A stretch of 43,472 bases of DNA from an archaeon (GTDB lineage: Archaea > Iainarchaeota > Iainarchaeia > Iainarchaeales > 1-14-0-10-31-34), in assembly GCA_043815885.1 (NCBI GenBank), contig JBDRIL010000043.1:1-43472 (forward strand), read 5' to 3'. Below are positions 18,373-27,754 of the stretch, piece after piece. A program made the position numbers and the translations under genes. The notes beneath the pieces are model-generated. The model did not search any database, was not told where the DNA came from, and was given only the letters and a program-made list of their open reading frames with translations. The stretch's first letter is position 1. Each line of letters begins with the position of its first letter.

Positions 18373-19205
18373 ATGCCAATAAAAATAAGACCACTACCAA
18401 GATCTCCCAAAAAGAGAAGCGGAAGAAAACCTGATTCTAATGAAACTACTCTGCCTAGGAGAATATATAGAGTTCATAGCCCAGGAGACGAATTTATTGT
18501 ACATAGAGGAAGACCAATCCTAAAAGTCAGGAACAAGTCAGGAATTATAGTCAGAAAAGGAAAAAAAAAACCTTAGCTAATGACGACGTTACTATAGATG
18601 GACCTACTATAAATATTAATGTGCGGGGTGCTGGAGAAGCTGCTGAGCATGAAACTGTTTCTAGAAGGCCTGGGGCTGAAAGAACGCCGATTGTTACTGT
18701 GCCGCCGGAACAAATGAATTATAAGATGGCTGAAAAAATCCTTAAATCAGGGAGGCAGTTAACGCCGCACGAAAAAATCGCCCTGGCAAAAAATAATTTA
18801 GAGTTCGTGAAATTTCGTTTTCTTTACGAGAAAAACAAGGACTTCCAAAAAGGATTTGATGCATTTTTTACAAGTGACAGCGCACAGCACATGGGAAGAA
18901 TGCACTTAATGAACAATGTGAGATCATTTATGGTTAATTATAACCGTCAACTGGAGACAATGTTAGATAAAGCGAAGAAAACACAAATGAACTTAATGAA
19001 ATATGAAGAACCAAAAGGGGCAGGGAAAGGCTTGTTAAAATTTGCTGAAAAGATACCAATCTTAATGGATATACCTGACTTTAGAAAGCATCGGCTGCAG
19101 GCATACTTTAAGCATAACATGGTTCCGAGAATGTATTGGAGGCTCATTACAGACCTGCAAGCAGAAATCAGGGCAGCAGAGAACGAATTAAGAAGAGCCG
19201 CCTAA
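18373..19205 (+). CDS. Basic hypothetical protein split into two frames by a -1 shift at an A10 run (fused 277 aa); alternatively two ORFs or a pseudogene
   Basis: ORF 18373-18576 (GAGGT SD) ends just after A10 (18561-18570). The -1 frame is open from 18507 to 19205 with no start codon before GTG 18621, which has no SD. Confidence 0.65.
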
Positions 19206-19211
19206 ATAGTT

Positions 19212-22200
19212 TTATGGATACTTCTTTTTCTTGAATGGAAGGAACTGGATTAATAACATTGAACTGACTATCATTAGGAAGAATAGGGTTAGGGGAAGGA
19301 GTTGTTCTGGAAGTGAAGGCAGGTTCCAGGGCAAGTCTGAACCGCTGTCTAGATTTAAATTCAATGTATTTCCTGAAGCAACTGATTTGGCTTCTCCTCC
19401 TGGACCAACCATTGTGGAAGAGCCTTGTTGCTTGAATGCATCAATCAATGGAAGCAGTTGAGCGTTATCCGCATACCATAAGCCTTTATCTGGATCATAG
19501 TAAAGGGTTCCATTCCTTCCGGCAGCACTTCTAAGCAATTCCTTTACTCCATTATAGTCAAGGTAAGGCCTTCCATCCTCTGTACCAAAACTGAAGTCGT
19601 GTTCCTGTCCATCAGCAGTATACAGCTTGAAGCCGTCAGCAGTGGGTTCAACTGATTCAATTATTCCGTCATATATTTCTTTTCCTGTTTCCTTGTCAAT
19701 TATCTTCATGTGAGGCTTGCAGTCGTCTTCTGGATCGGCCCAAAAAACAAATCTCTTTGAATCAGTCTCAAATATCTGGTAGGGACCGTACTTCTGTAAG
19801 ACTGTATTAAATTTGTCTATCTTTGCCTGTGCAAAAGGCGAGTCAGGGTCAGCCAGAAGGTTTACATCAAAAGCCAGTTCCTCGCAGTCAGTCAAAGGAT
19901 TAATGTAAGAGGTAGGGGAAACCTTCATTCCAATTACATCGTCCTGGTTTACTACTGCATCCTTATGGTGCCTTAACCAGAAAATTAATTCATTGGTTTC
20001 AGGTTTATACAGGATTACTCCGTTCTCTAATTGAACTGATTCAAGCAATCCAACCTCTGGATAACCGTCATTTGAATTAATTAATTTAACGTTTCTGTTC
20101 ATCAGGATTTCCACTCTTGGGTCAGTTTCCGCTGCCTTTCTTGGAACCCCGTTTGCAAGAATTTTATTGTCCTGTATTGAAAGGGAATGAGAGGTAGTAA
20201 TGATTGATTCAACCTTTCCGAAAGCGCTCTCCAAATCATTCTTGGAGTTAAGCTCTAAACCACTCTGTTCAAATACGCCCTTCTTAATGCAATCCCATAC
20301 TCTTTCATCCATTACAATTAAGTGGCCTTTAAGTTCCGGAGGCTGAACACTCATCTCAAAAAGTAAGTCATTTGTATCAGGCAATACAATCTTTGTAATA
20401 GTGTTAGGAATCTCTATTCCTGGAATTGCATTGCTCTGGGAAGCCATTCTAACTTGATCTGCAGCAGTAATTATTGGCTCTCCATTGACTTTCAGCACTC
20501 CTTCCTCCCTGTTTAATTCAACCTGCATATTGGTATCAGTGTCAGTAACAACAGTCTTTCCCTCAGTATTGTATTTGGTTGGAAAGGCTTCAGAATCAGG
20601 AGAAGTCCAGAAATAAAATACCTTGTTTCCGCTAACTGTTCCATGGGAACTTCCTTGAGTGTTAAGGGTTGCTTGAACGAGATTGTCTTCCTCTGCCTCT
20701 CTAGCGAGTTCCTCTATTCCTTCCTTTACCTTCTCCATCTGCTGTTTTGTTACTCCTCCAATGCCTGAAAACAATTCTGCGCCCTTGTCCTTGAATTCAT
20801 CCACTAATTCAGTTGCCTTTTCTGCTGCTGCTTCCGGAACAGCCTTTTTTTCCTCTTTCTCTTCATTCGGGGCAGTAGTATAATTAACGAAATATCCTTC
20901 ATCCACATCAACACAGTCCTGGAGATGGGGAGCAATCAATAACTGCAATGCAACAGAACCAAGTATTGTATACATTCCCAAACTAAAGTAGGCAATGCTT
21001 TCACTTACAGCTATTGCTCCTCCAAGGGTTGAACCAATCTCTTTTGGGATATGAATAAATGACAGTCCAATTGTTTCAGGCAGGGTTTCAATCTTGTCTC
21101 CGCAGGTTTCCTTTTCCCTTATGGCTTTAGCCATATTTATTTCCTGTCCGGTTCCTTCACTGTCCTTTCCAATAAGGTTGAGATGATGAGCAAACACTAT
21201 TAATGCAGAGCCTTTCTTTCTCTCTTTTTCAGGCAGGCCTTGTGTGTCCTCCAAAAATACTGATTGAGTCTTATCCATTGTATTGAATCTTGCATTCCAT
21301 TCACGCATATTAGAGGAAAGCATTTCAATCCCGCATTCAGGGCAGTCCTGCTCTGATTTAAAGTAAAAGGCTAAATCTCCTACTTCATCCCTAAAGCCTG
21401 CTTCAGGGGTAGTCATTTTATTATAGGTTTCTTTTGCCGGATTGAATTGATCGGAAACCACATTCAATAAATACTTCCAGGGAAGGTTATTAATGACTCT
21501 AATAAACATGTCTCCTTCATCACTGCCTTCATTTGAAAAGAAATCAATATATGCATCACTGTAGATTTTTTCTTCTCCAGTAAATAAGTTAACCTGCCTC
21601 CAGTTTTCCGGCAGCATGTAAGCACTTAATTCATCAAACCCGAATCCTTTCTTGAATCCCCAGTAAACATATGGCTTTACAGTCCATTCAGCTGCTCCCT
21701 TTATAGTAGTAAAGTATTGCTTGAATACAAAGGTTTCCTCCTTAAACATTTTGTCCAGTACATTCCAGTATCTTCCTCTTGGATCGTATCCTTGTTCCCT
21801 TAAGTAATTCCATAGTTTTTCAGTCATTTCCTGGGACTTTGAAACCCTGTTATGCATATAGCTTCTCATAACTCTTCCAGTATCCTCTGGAGTAAGCAAT
21901 CTGTCAAATTTCCAGTAGCCCTCAAATAAGTGTATGTCTCCTTCAACTCTCTGGAGTATGTGTTCAACTGTTTCATTCTTTACTGGCATCATTTCACCGT
22001 TATCCAGTTTAGCAAATAGTTCCCTGTACTGGCCTTTCAATACATGTTCTTTTAAGTCCTGTTTGCCGATAGTTGTGACTTCTATTCCTGCCCTTGAATC
22101 AAATTTGTACAGCTTTAATGCCCCGTTCTCTACTTCTTCAGCACCGAACTGCCCCCACATTCCCTTTACTTTTCCTGGCTCCATCATTGCTGGTTCGTAT

Positions 22201-23690
22201 CTGCCTCTTCCAACATAATTGTACATTATTTCATTGAATTGGTCCTGCGAGGAAGGAATGTGCATGAATTCTCCTGTCCTAGCGTCCCTGAATGCATTAT
22301 AGAAGAGTCCGTTTCTTTCCTGTATTGCAAGCATTGCAGGAAAATCAGCGTCCCAGTAATAATCATATGCTGCAGCCAGATCAGCCTCTATTGCACCATA
22401 TTCTTCATAGCCTTGCCTTCTAACTAATCTTGCAGCATCTTCTGGCATTTGTTCTGCAAGATTTAATTTTCTTGCCAGTGCATCACTTGCTTCCTCTGAA
22501 ATCTGTTTGCATGCAGTATTGTATCTGTGAAGTTCAAGGACTGCCTGCATGAATTCCTTCTGGGCTTCAACGCTCTTCATTCCCTTAATCAGCCCGTCCT
22601 TTCCAAAGTACTTTATCATTAGTTTTTCTGCTGCATCTGTTGCAGCCATTCCTTCCTTGAAGTAAGTTCCTTCAATCCATTCATTGTAGAATGCATGCAT
22701 GTCATATTTCTTGAAGATGTTTCTTGCCTTGTCTGCCCTTGTCTTTGACCAGAACGCATCAGGGCCAAACAATTTTTTCCTGTAACTCTTTACAAGTGAT
22801 GAATGCTCTATATCAGGAAGCCATTTTCTTCCAAAAAATCCTCTCCTGTAGGAAACCCCAAAAATGTGTTTTGCCTGCCCCCAAAGCACCGGAGCAAAAA
22901 CGCTTACAACCATTTCTCCGCTGTACCAGCTGTTATAGTATTTATCGAAGAGGGAATAAATGGAAATCCTGCAGGAAGAGTCATTGCAGTTTGTAGCCAT
23001 TGAAGCATCAAGTGAATCAGTCATTATTGAATTAATCATGTAATTCATTGGAATTCTGGAATATCCTTCAGCAATTATCTCGTTTTGGTCTTCTACCTGA
23101 AGGATGTCATTCAATCTGCTTAAATCCTTTTCAGAGAAACCGTGTTCCTGGTTTCCGTCAATTGTTTTCTTTAAGTCAGTCCAGATATTCTTGAAGTCTC
23201 CTGCGATTCCTGTTCCACTGTTTCTTAGAGTAAGGTTTTTTCCCATTGCAGCGCATTCAGCTTCATTCCATTCAAGGCATTTTCCCGCACGAAGAGTGTC
23301 ATTAATCAGTATCCCCAAAGCAAAAGCTCCAGTGTACCTGTTATTCAGGAGATAATTTACTTCGTCTATATCCATTTTTTCGTTAGGCAAGTCAACCTTT
23401 AATCCAGTGTTCTTGTCCTGGTCTGGGGAAAGGATTGCAGTATTGTTTTCGAGTACTTCCCTGAATTCATTGGCCGGAGTTCCGGAAGAAATTTCTGCTC
23501 CCCTGAATCCTTCCTTTAAAATCATGTCCTGGAATTTCTCCACTTCCTCAGCAGAAATTGAATCAACAGTACATGTAAAGGGCGTCTTGTAAACTGGCGT
23601 TTCTTCCTCTTCCTGGGCATAAACAACTGGAGAGAAAACAGTACTCATTACTAGGAAAATCAGGTAAACTGTAATCATTTTTTTAGTCAT
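19212..23690 (-). CDS. 1492-aa secreted, C-terminally anchored surface protein of unknown function
   Basis: Signal peptide (...SPVVYA/QEE), Cys-containing regions, an internal hydrophobic hairpin (GSTLGGAIAVS...ILGSVALQLLIAP), and a C-terminal Pro-rich motif + TM + KKKK. Confidence 0.85.
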   Translation of the reverse strand: MTKKMITVYLIFLVMSTVFSPVVYAQEEEETPVYKTPFTCTVDSISAEEVEKFQDMILKEGFRGAEISSGTPANEFREVLENNTAILSPDQDKNTGLKVDLPNEKMDIDEVNYLLNNRYTGAFALGILINDTLRAGKCLEWNEAECAAMGKNLTLRNSGTGIAGDFKNIWTDLKKTIDGNQEHGFSEKDLSRLNDILQVEDQNEIIAEGYSRIPMNYMINSIMTDSLDASMATNCNDSSCRISIYSLFDKYYNSWYSGEMVVSVFAPVLWGQAKHIFGVSYRRGFFGRKWLPDIEHSSLVKSYRKKLFGPDAFWSKTRADKARNIFKKYDMHAFYNEWIEGTYFKEGMAATDAAEKLMIKYFGKDGLIKGMKSVEAQKEFMQAVLELHRYNTACKQISEEASDALARKLNLAEQMPEDAARLVRRQGYEEYGAIEADLAAAYDYYWDADFPAMLAIQERNGLFYNAFRDARTGEFMHIPSSQDQFNEIMYNYVGRGRYEPAMMEPGKVKGMWGQFGAEEVENGALKLYKFDSRAGIEVTTIGKQDLKEHVLKGQYRELFAKLDNGEMMPVKNETVEHILQRVEGDIHLFEGYWKFDRLLTPEDTGRVMRSYMHNRVSKSQEMTEKLWNYLREQGYDPRGRYWNVLDKMFKEETFVFKQYFTTIKGAAEWTVKPYVYWGFKKGFGFDELSAYMLPENWRQVNLFTGEEKIYSDAYIDFFSNEGSDEGDMFIRVINNLPWKYLLNVVSDQFNPAKETYNKMTTPEAGFRDEVGDLAFYFKSEQDCPECGIEMLSSNMREWNARFNTMDKTQSVFLEDTQGLPEKERKKGSALIVFAHHLNLIGKDSEGTGQEINMAKAIREKETCGDKIETLPETIGLSFIHIPKEIGSTLGGAIAVSESIAYFSLGMYTILGSVALQLLIAPHLQDCVDVDEGYFVNYTTAPNEEKEEKKAVPEAAAEKATELVDEFKDKGAELFSGIGGVTKQQMEKVKEGIEELAREAEEDNLVQATLNTQGSSHGTVSGNKVFYFWTSPDSEAFPTKYNTEGKTVVTDTDTNMQVELNREEGVLKVNGEPIITAADQVRMASQSNAIPGIEIPNTITKIVLPDTNDLLFEMSVQPPELKGHLIVMDERVWDCIKKGVFEQSGLELNSKNDLESAFGKVESIITTSHSLSIQDNKILANGVPRKAAETDPRVEILMNRNVKLINSNDGYPEVGLLESVQLENGVILYKPETNELIFWLRHHKDAVVNQDDVIGMKVSPTSYINPLTDCEELAFDVNLLADPDSPFAQAKIDKFNTVLQKYGPYQIFETDSKRFVFWADPEDDCKPHMKIIDKETGKEIYDGIIESVEPTADGFKLYTADGQEHDFSFGTEDGRPYLDYNGVKELLRSAAGRNGTLYYDPDKGLWYADNAQLLPLIDAFKQQGSSTMVGPGGEAKSVASGNTLNLNLDSGSDLPWNLPSLPEQLLPLTLFFLMIVSSMLLIQFLPFKKKKYP

Positions 23691-23702
23691 TTTTTCATCT
23701 CA

Positions 23703-24236
23703 CTATGCAAAGTAAAGAAGGTAAACGATTCCGGTAGGAATCCATGGAAACAAATAAATCACAATGAATGATCCAACCAAAGTTGAACAGAATACTGCAA
23801 AGAATACATTTGCAATAAAAGGAAGGGAATACTTCTTCTTTAAAAAATCCATTGCAAATAATCCAACGAATTGAAGCGGGAGAAGGAATACTGTCAGAAT
23901 GAAACTCAATAGGATTACCTTGAATAAAGCCATTCCTATAAGGAACAGGTATTCTGTTGCAGTCATTTCAAATCCTTGGGGAAGGATTCCTGGATCACTC
24001 TGAGAGAAGCCTAAAGCCAAAGGAAATACATACATTGCCAAAACAAAAATGAATACTATAATGAAAGTTGAAATGAGAGAAGACTTTATCCAAGAAAGCT
24101 TGAATTTCTTGATTAGTTTTCTCTGAATGAATATCCCTATTAAAACCAATGCAAAGACAATTATTGATAAAAGGAAGCTCCCCTTAATCAAATCAAGCAA
24201 AGAAAAAACAATGTCTACTAGAAGATTCAGCACCAT
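23703..24236 (-). CDS. Polytopic membrane protein, probably co-transcribed with the 1492-aa protein
   Basis: 177 aa with 4-5 TMs; ends 12 nt before the 1492-aa start. TTTATAT box upstream on the minus strand (about 24259-24265). Confidence 0.8.
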   Translation of the reverse strand: MVLNLLVDIVFSLLDLIKGSFLLSIIVFALVLIGIFIQRKLIKKFKLSWIKSSLISTFIIVFIFVLAMYVFPLALGFSQSDPGILPQGFEMTATEYLFLIGMALFKVILLSFILTVFLLPLQFVGLFAMDFLKKKYSLPFIANVFFAVFCSTLVGSFIVIYLFPWIPTGIVYLLYFA

Positions 24237-24352
24237 GAAAGAATTATTGAAAGAAGTAATATAAATATATTACTAAATTCAAGGAATGAAGGGAAAAAAT
24301 AAAAAAGAATTGGCTTTCATTAATAACGAAAGCAGGGAAAAAAGGTGTTTTT

Positions 24353-25120
24353 ATGGTTAAGGACAGGCTTCCAAGAAGACTGAAAAGATTTGCAAGAAAG
24401 AAAGAGATTCCAAAAGGAGAGGAAGGGGAAAGAGTAAGCGCCGCATTAATGAGGGGAGCAAAAGAAAAGGAAGAGGTTCCTCACTTTAAGTTATACAAGA
24501 GAATGAGGGAAAAAGGAGAGACAAGGATTCCTTCAATGAACAAAGCAAAAACAGAGTTGGATAAATTCCAGGAGGAAAAGGGAAGGATTCCGACAGAAAA
24601 AGAAATGGATGAAATGGCAGAAAATTTATTCCAGCAGATAAAGGAAGGAAAGCTAAAGGAAGAGGAAATCGAGGAAGTAAAGGAAACCCCAAGAGAGAAA
24701 GAGGAAATTGGAAGCTATAAGGAGAGAGCATTAAGGAGAAGGGGGGAAAGGAGAGAAGATGTAAAAGAAGAAAAGCCAGCAGTAGGAATTGGAAAAGAAG
24801 AAGCAACCAAGGTAAAGGATTTATTCAAGGAAGAGTTAAAGGAAGAAAAAAAAGAAGAGGGAATGGAATTAATTAAAGAATTCAATGAAGAAGGAGAAGA
24901 AGAAACAGAGGAAGGAGAATTAGAGGGAATGGAAGAAGTTCCAGAGGAAGGAGAAAAGGAAAAATGCCCTCACTGCAATAATGTTACTACTGATATTATT
25001 TTTTGCCCTGAATGTGGGGAAGGCTTTTGCGAGAAATGCGCAGGAAAACCAAAGGCATCAGGAAAGGCAAAGAAATACAGGTGCCCCAGCTGCAAGAAAG
25101 AAGTAAAGATTGGAGTCTAA
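24353..25120 (+). CDS. Highly charged (Glu/Lys) protein with a C-terminal 8-Cys zinc-binding module
   Basis: CPHC...CPECGEGFCEKC...CPSC; AGGTG SD upstream. Confidence 0.8.
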   Translation: MVKDRLPRRLKRFARKKEIPKGEEGERVSAALMRGAKEKEEVPHFKLYKRMREKGETRIPSMNKAKTELDKFQEEKGRIPTEKEMDEMAENLFQQIKEGKLKEEEIEEVKETPREKEEIGSYKERALRRRGERREDVKEEKPAVGIGKEEATKVKDLFKEELKEEKKEEGMELIKEFNEEGEEETEEGELEGMEEVPEEGEKEKCPHCNNVTTDIIFCPECGEGFCEKCAGKPKASGKAKKYRCPSCKKEVKIGV

Positions 25121-25857
25121 ATTTCAGAAATATCAGTGCATTCAAGGTTTCCCCATTCATCTGCTTCCCTGTCGAAATCCTTTGGAGTCCAGAGAATCAA
25201 TCCAACAATCGTGTCTGCATCAAGTTTTCTTAACTCGTAAAAGTTAGATCCAGGGGGCTTATAGATTTCAAGCATCCTGATTCTGTGAGTGGCTTGGCCT
25301 GAAGCGCCAACACTCAATGCAAAGACATCAATGTCTTGCTTTCCATCGGTAAGTTCGCATAAATAATTCTTATCAATGGAAGAAATGCCTGTTATCACTC
25401 TGTTTTCAATTTCGTAGTCATATTCTGTTACATGCGCCAATACATAGATTACTTTTTGTGCTGAGCCCACATTAATCATGTAAAAAATGTAATTAAATGA
25501 CTTGCTTAAAGGCTTCATTATCTGGATAACGTTATTCGTTAAAAGGGGCTTGGAAAAATCCAAATCAAGTTCCTCGCCTTCATCTTCATTGTCAATTGCA
25601 TAGTCTTCCTTCACCATAGTCATCAAAAATTCGATTTCCTTTGCCTCATCAATTGTTTCATTTGGGAGGCGGGGGGCACTGGAATAAAGTATTGTCTTTA
25701 AAGCGGAATTAGCGTAATCAGAGACATAAGTGGAAGCCATATAGTCTTTCATTGAAGAGCCATACTGGTTAGTGAAAAAGAAAAGAAAAACAACCAAACC
25801 CATTACAATTAAGAGAAAGTATAGTGCATCAGTTATTGCTGCCTGTCCCTTGTTCAT
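25117..25857 (-). CDS. Pilin-like protein with class III signal peptide
   Basis: MNKG/QAAITDALYFLLIVMGLVVFLFFF; ATG overlaps the upstream stop (ATGA). Confidence 0.8.
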   Translation of the reverse strand: MNKGQAAITDALYFLLIVMGLVVFLFFFTNQYGSSMKDYMASTYVSDYANSALKTILYSSAPRLPNETIDEAKEIEFLMTMVKEDYAIDNEDEGEELDLDFSKPLLTNNVIQIMKPLSKSFNYIFYMINVGSAQKVIYVLAHVTEYDYEIENRVITGISSIDKNYLCELTDGKQDIDVFALSVGASGQATHRIRMLEIYKPPGSNFYELRKLDADTIVGLILWTPKDFDREADEWGNLECTDISEI

Positions 25858-26360
25858 CTCCATGCAATCACCACCAACTGCATTGGAGTTACAACGAAAT
25901 CCACATCCAATACAACCGGATAAATTCTGTAGACTATCTTGTAATTATTTTCAAGCACTTTTTCTTTCGTGAATTCTTCCTCGAAATTTTCTTCAAAGTT
26001 AGTGCAGATAAACTTCTCCTCTTCGTTTTCTGGATAAATATTCAGAGCAAATATATCCACGTCAGTGATTATTGCTGGATTGAGGCTTAATTTAGTTAAG
26101 GCAGCAAAGTATTTCGGGTTCTGGATGTTCAGTGAACTGCATAAATTATCGAAGTCATCCACTCCTGAAATGAATCCAGTTCCCCTCAATGCATTAGAGA
26201 TTTGAGTTACTGCCAAATCATTGTCAAAGTCCTCACCTCTTTCATTGTAAGTAGACATTGCCATATAAAAGCCGGAGAAAAAAATAATCAATGCAAACAT
26301 TAATGGAATCAAGCTGGGAAGGTCGTCTCCAATTGGCCCGAGAAATGCTTTCTGTTTCAT
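25854..26360 (-). CDS. Pilin-like protein with variant class III signal peptide
   Basis: MKQKA/FLGPIGDDLPSLIPLMFALIIFFSGF; ATGA overlaps at both ends; GGAGG SD. Confidence 0.7.
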   Translation of the reverse strand: MKQKAFLGPIGDDLPSLIPLMFALIIFFSGFYMAMSTYNERGEDFDNDLAVTQISNALRGTGFISGVDDFDNLCSSLNIQNPKYFAALTKLSLNPAIITDVDIFALNIYPENEEEKFICTNFEENFEEEFTKEKVLENNYKIVYRIYPVVLDVDFVVTPMQLVVIAWR

Positions 26361-27007
26361 GAACCAGTTCCTCCTGGATTGAATTCACACAAAAAGCCTT
26401 GGCCAGAAAAGGCTTTTTCCCCTGCTTTATCATATCTCACAGAACAATCATCCCTAACACTAGAGGTAGTAGTACAGGGAACAAAAAAGACATTCTTTTT
26501 TCCATTCACGACCTGCATTACAATAATAATTGTATTTGTTGGGGGATATCCTTGCGGATCAAGTTCAACTAGATTTTCATTATTGAATTCCGGGTCATTA
26601 TCCGACGGGTCATGCTCAAAGAATTTAACTACTGCGTTTACATCGAATGAATCAGCTGCAATTAATTGCTCTGGTTTTGTTCTGGGGGTAATCTGAAAAA
26701 TTATTTTTTTTATATCATCCTCTGAGGTATCGATTGATTTAATGGTTAACTTGTAGTAGAGCCCTCTCCCGAATGTATTAGTTGGATTGACTTCAAGAGA
26801 GGAAGGAAGATAAAATGGTTTTTGGTCGCAGAGGGATTCACTTGTAACAATCATTCCGTAAACAATGTTTTTTGTGCTGATAATGTAATCCGTGCCTGCT
26901 TTCTCAAGCATTATCTGGCTTAAACCAAAAAGAAAGTAAGAAGTTATTGCAAAGACTGCAATAACCAGAATCAAGAGATTCATTTTGCTTAAAGTAAAAC
27001 CAAGCAT
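26357..27007 (-). CDS. Pilin-like/accessory protein with N-terminal hydrophobic helix and no obvious cleavable leader
   Basis: MLGFTLSKMNLLILVIAVFAITSYFLFGL, followed by an amphipathic helix and a Cys-containing beta domain; lies inside the pilin operon. Confidence 0.65.
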   Translation of the reverse strand: MLGFTLSKMNLLILVIAVFAITSYFLFGLSQIMLEKAGTDYIISTKNIVYGMIVTSESLCDQKPFYLPSSLEVNPTNTFGRGLYYKLTIKSIDTSEDDIKKIIFQITPRTKPEQLIAADSFDVNAVVKFFEHDPSDNDPEFNNENLVELDPQGYPPTNTIIIVMQVVNGKKNVFFVPCTTTSSVRDDCSVRYDKAGEKAFSGQGFLCEFNPGGTGS

Positions 27008-27023
27008 TGCAGAAAACCTTTAT

Positions 27024-27584
27024 CTAATTTTTTCTATAAGCACAGATTATGGTAAACACTTGATTGGTTATACGGTAATAGAATTGATAATGGCCTTTTT
27101 CAATTAAACTTGTCGGGTTCTTTGGAGAGGTAGGATTTATGTCAACTAATTCATATTGCTCATTTCCGATGACTTTATTGCATCCGTAATCGCCGTCTCC
27201 ATCAAAGGTTAAATCAAATGGAATTGCAACGCATTTAGGGGGAATCCTCGCATTATCGCTTCTGTACATTAAGAGAGTGCATTTTTCCGGAGAGCCAATG
27301 CACTGGCTGCATGAAATAGGATCATCAACTCTTGAGAGAAAGAATTTTTCGTTTTTCCCGCAGGAATCCATTTGAAAATCCACACTGCTTGCCCCTCCTC
27401 TTGAGACTGCCTCTATTGATGCTTTCAGGTCCTCCATTTTTTTTTCTGTTACCTTAACGCATTTCTGTTGCGATACTTCAGTCATTACAATTAATCCAGT
27501 AACTATTACAAACATCATTAGGATGACTGCAATCAGAACCTCAAAAGGAGCTTCTTCCTGTGCTTTTTCATTGAATAACTTCAT
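27024..27584 (-). CDS. Cys-rich pilin-like protein with class III signal peptide
   Basis: MKLFNEKA/QEEAPFEVLIAVILMMFVIVTGL. True start is 27584 (GGAGG SD, TAATG overlap with the upstream mini-pilin), not the track start 27704. Confidence 0.82.
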   Translation of the reverse strand: MKLFNEKAQEEAPFEVLIAVILMMFVIVTGLIVMTEVSQQKCVKVTEKKMEDLKASIEAVSRGGASSVDFQMDSCGKNEKFFLSRVDDPISCSQCIGSPEKCTLLMYRSDNARIPPKCVAIPFDLTFDGDGDYGCNKVIGNEQYELVDINPTSPKNPTSLIEKGHYQFYYRITNQVFTIICAYRKN

Positions 27585-27745
27585 TATTTCCCTCCAAGAG
27601 TCTTCTTGGAGATTTCCCCTGCCTGCTGAAACATTGGCTTGATTACAGTAATCAAAAGAAGTGCAGCAATAATCAGGATTATGAGCATGTAAACAGAATT
27701 CCATTCACTCTGCTCTCTTTCATCAAACAAAAAACTTTTCACCAT
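27584..27745 (-). CDS. 53-aa mini-pilin (Flp-like), not in the ORF track
   Basis: Manual translation: MVKSFLFDEREQSEWNSVYMLIILIIAALLLITVIKPMFQQAGEISKKTLGGK. Stop overlaps the next ATG; TATA box and SD lie upstream. Confidence 0.8.
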   Translation of the reverse strand: MVKSFLFDEREQSEWNSVYMLIILIIAALLLITVIKPMFQQAGEISKKTLGGK

Positions 27746-27754
27746 ACAAGTAAA

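Noticed and set aside
27585..27704. Cys-rich N-terminal extension (MEFCLHAHNPDYCC...) of the 226-aa track ORF
   Set aside because: It is an off-frame reading of the mini-pilin gene. The real start is 27584, with an SD and a class III signal.
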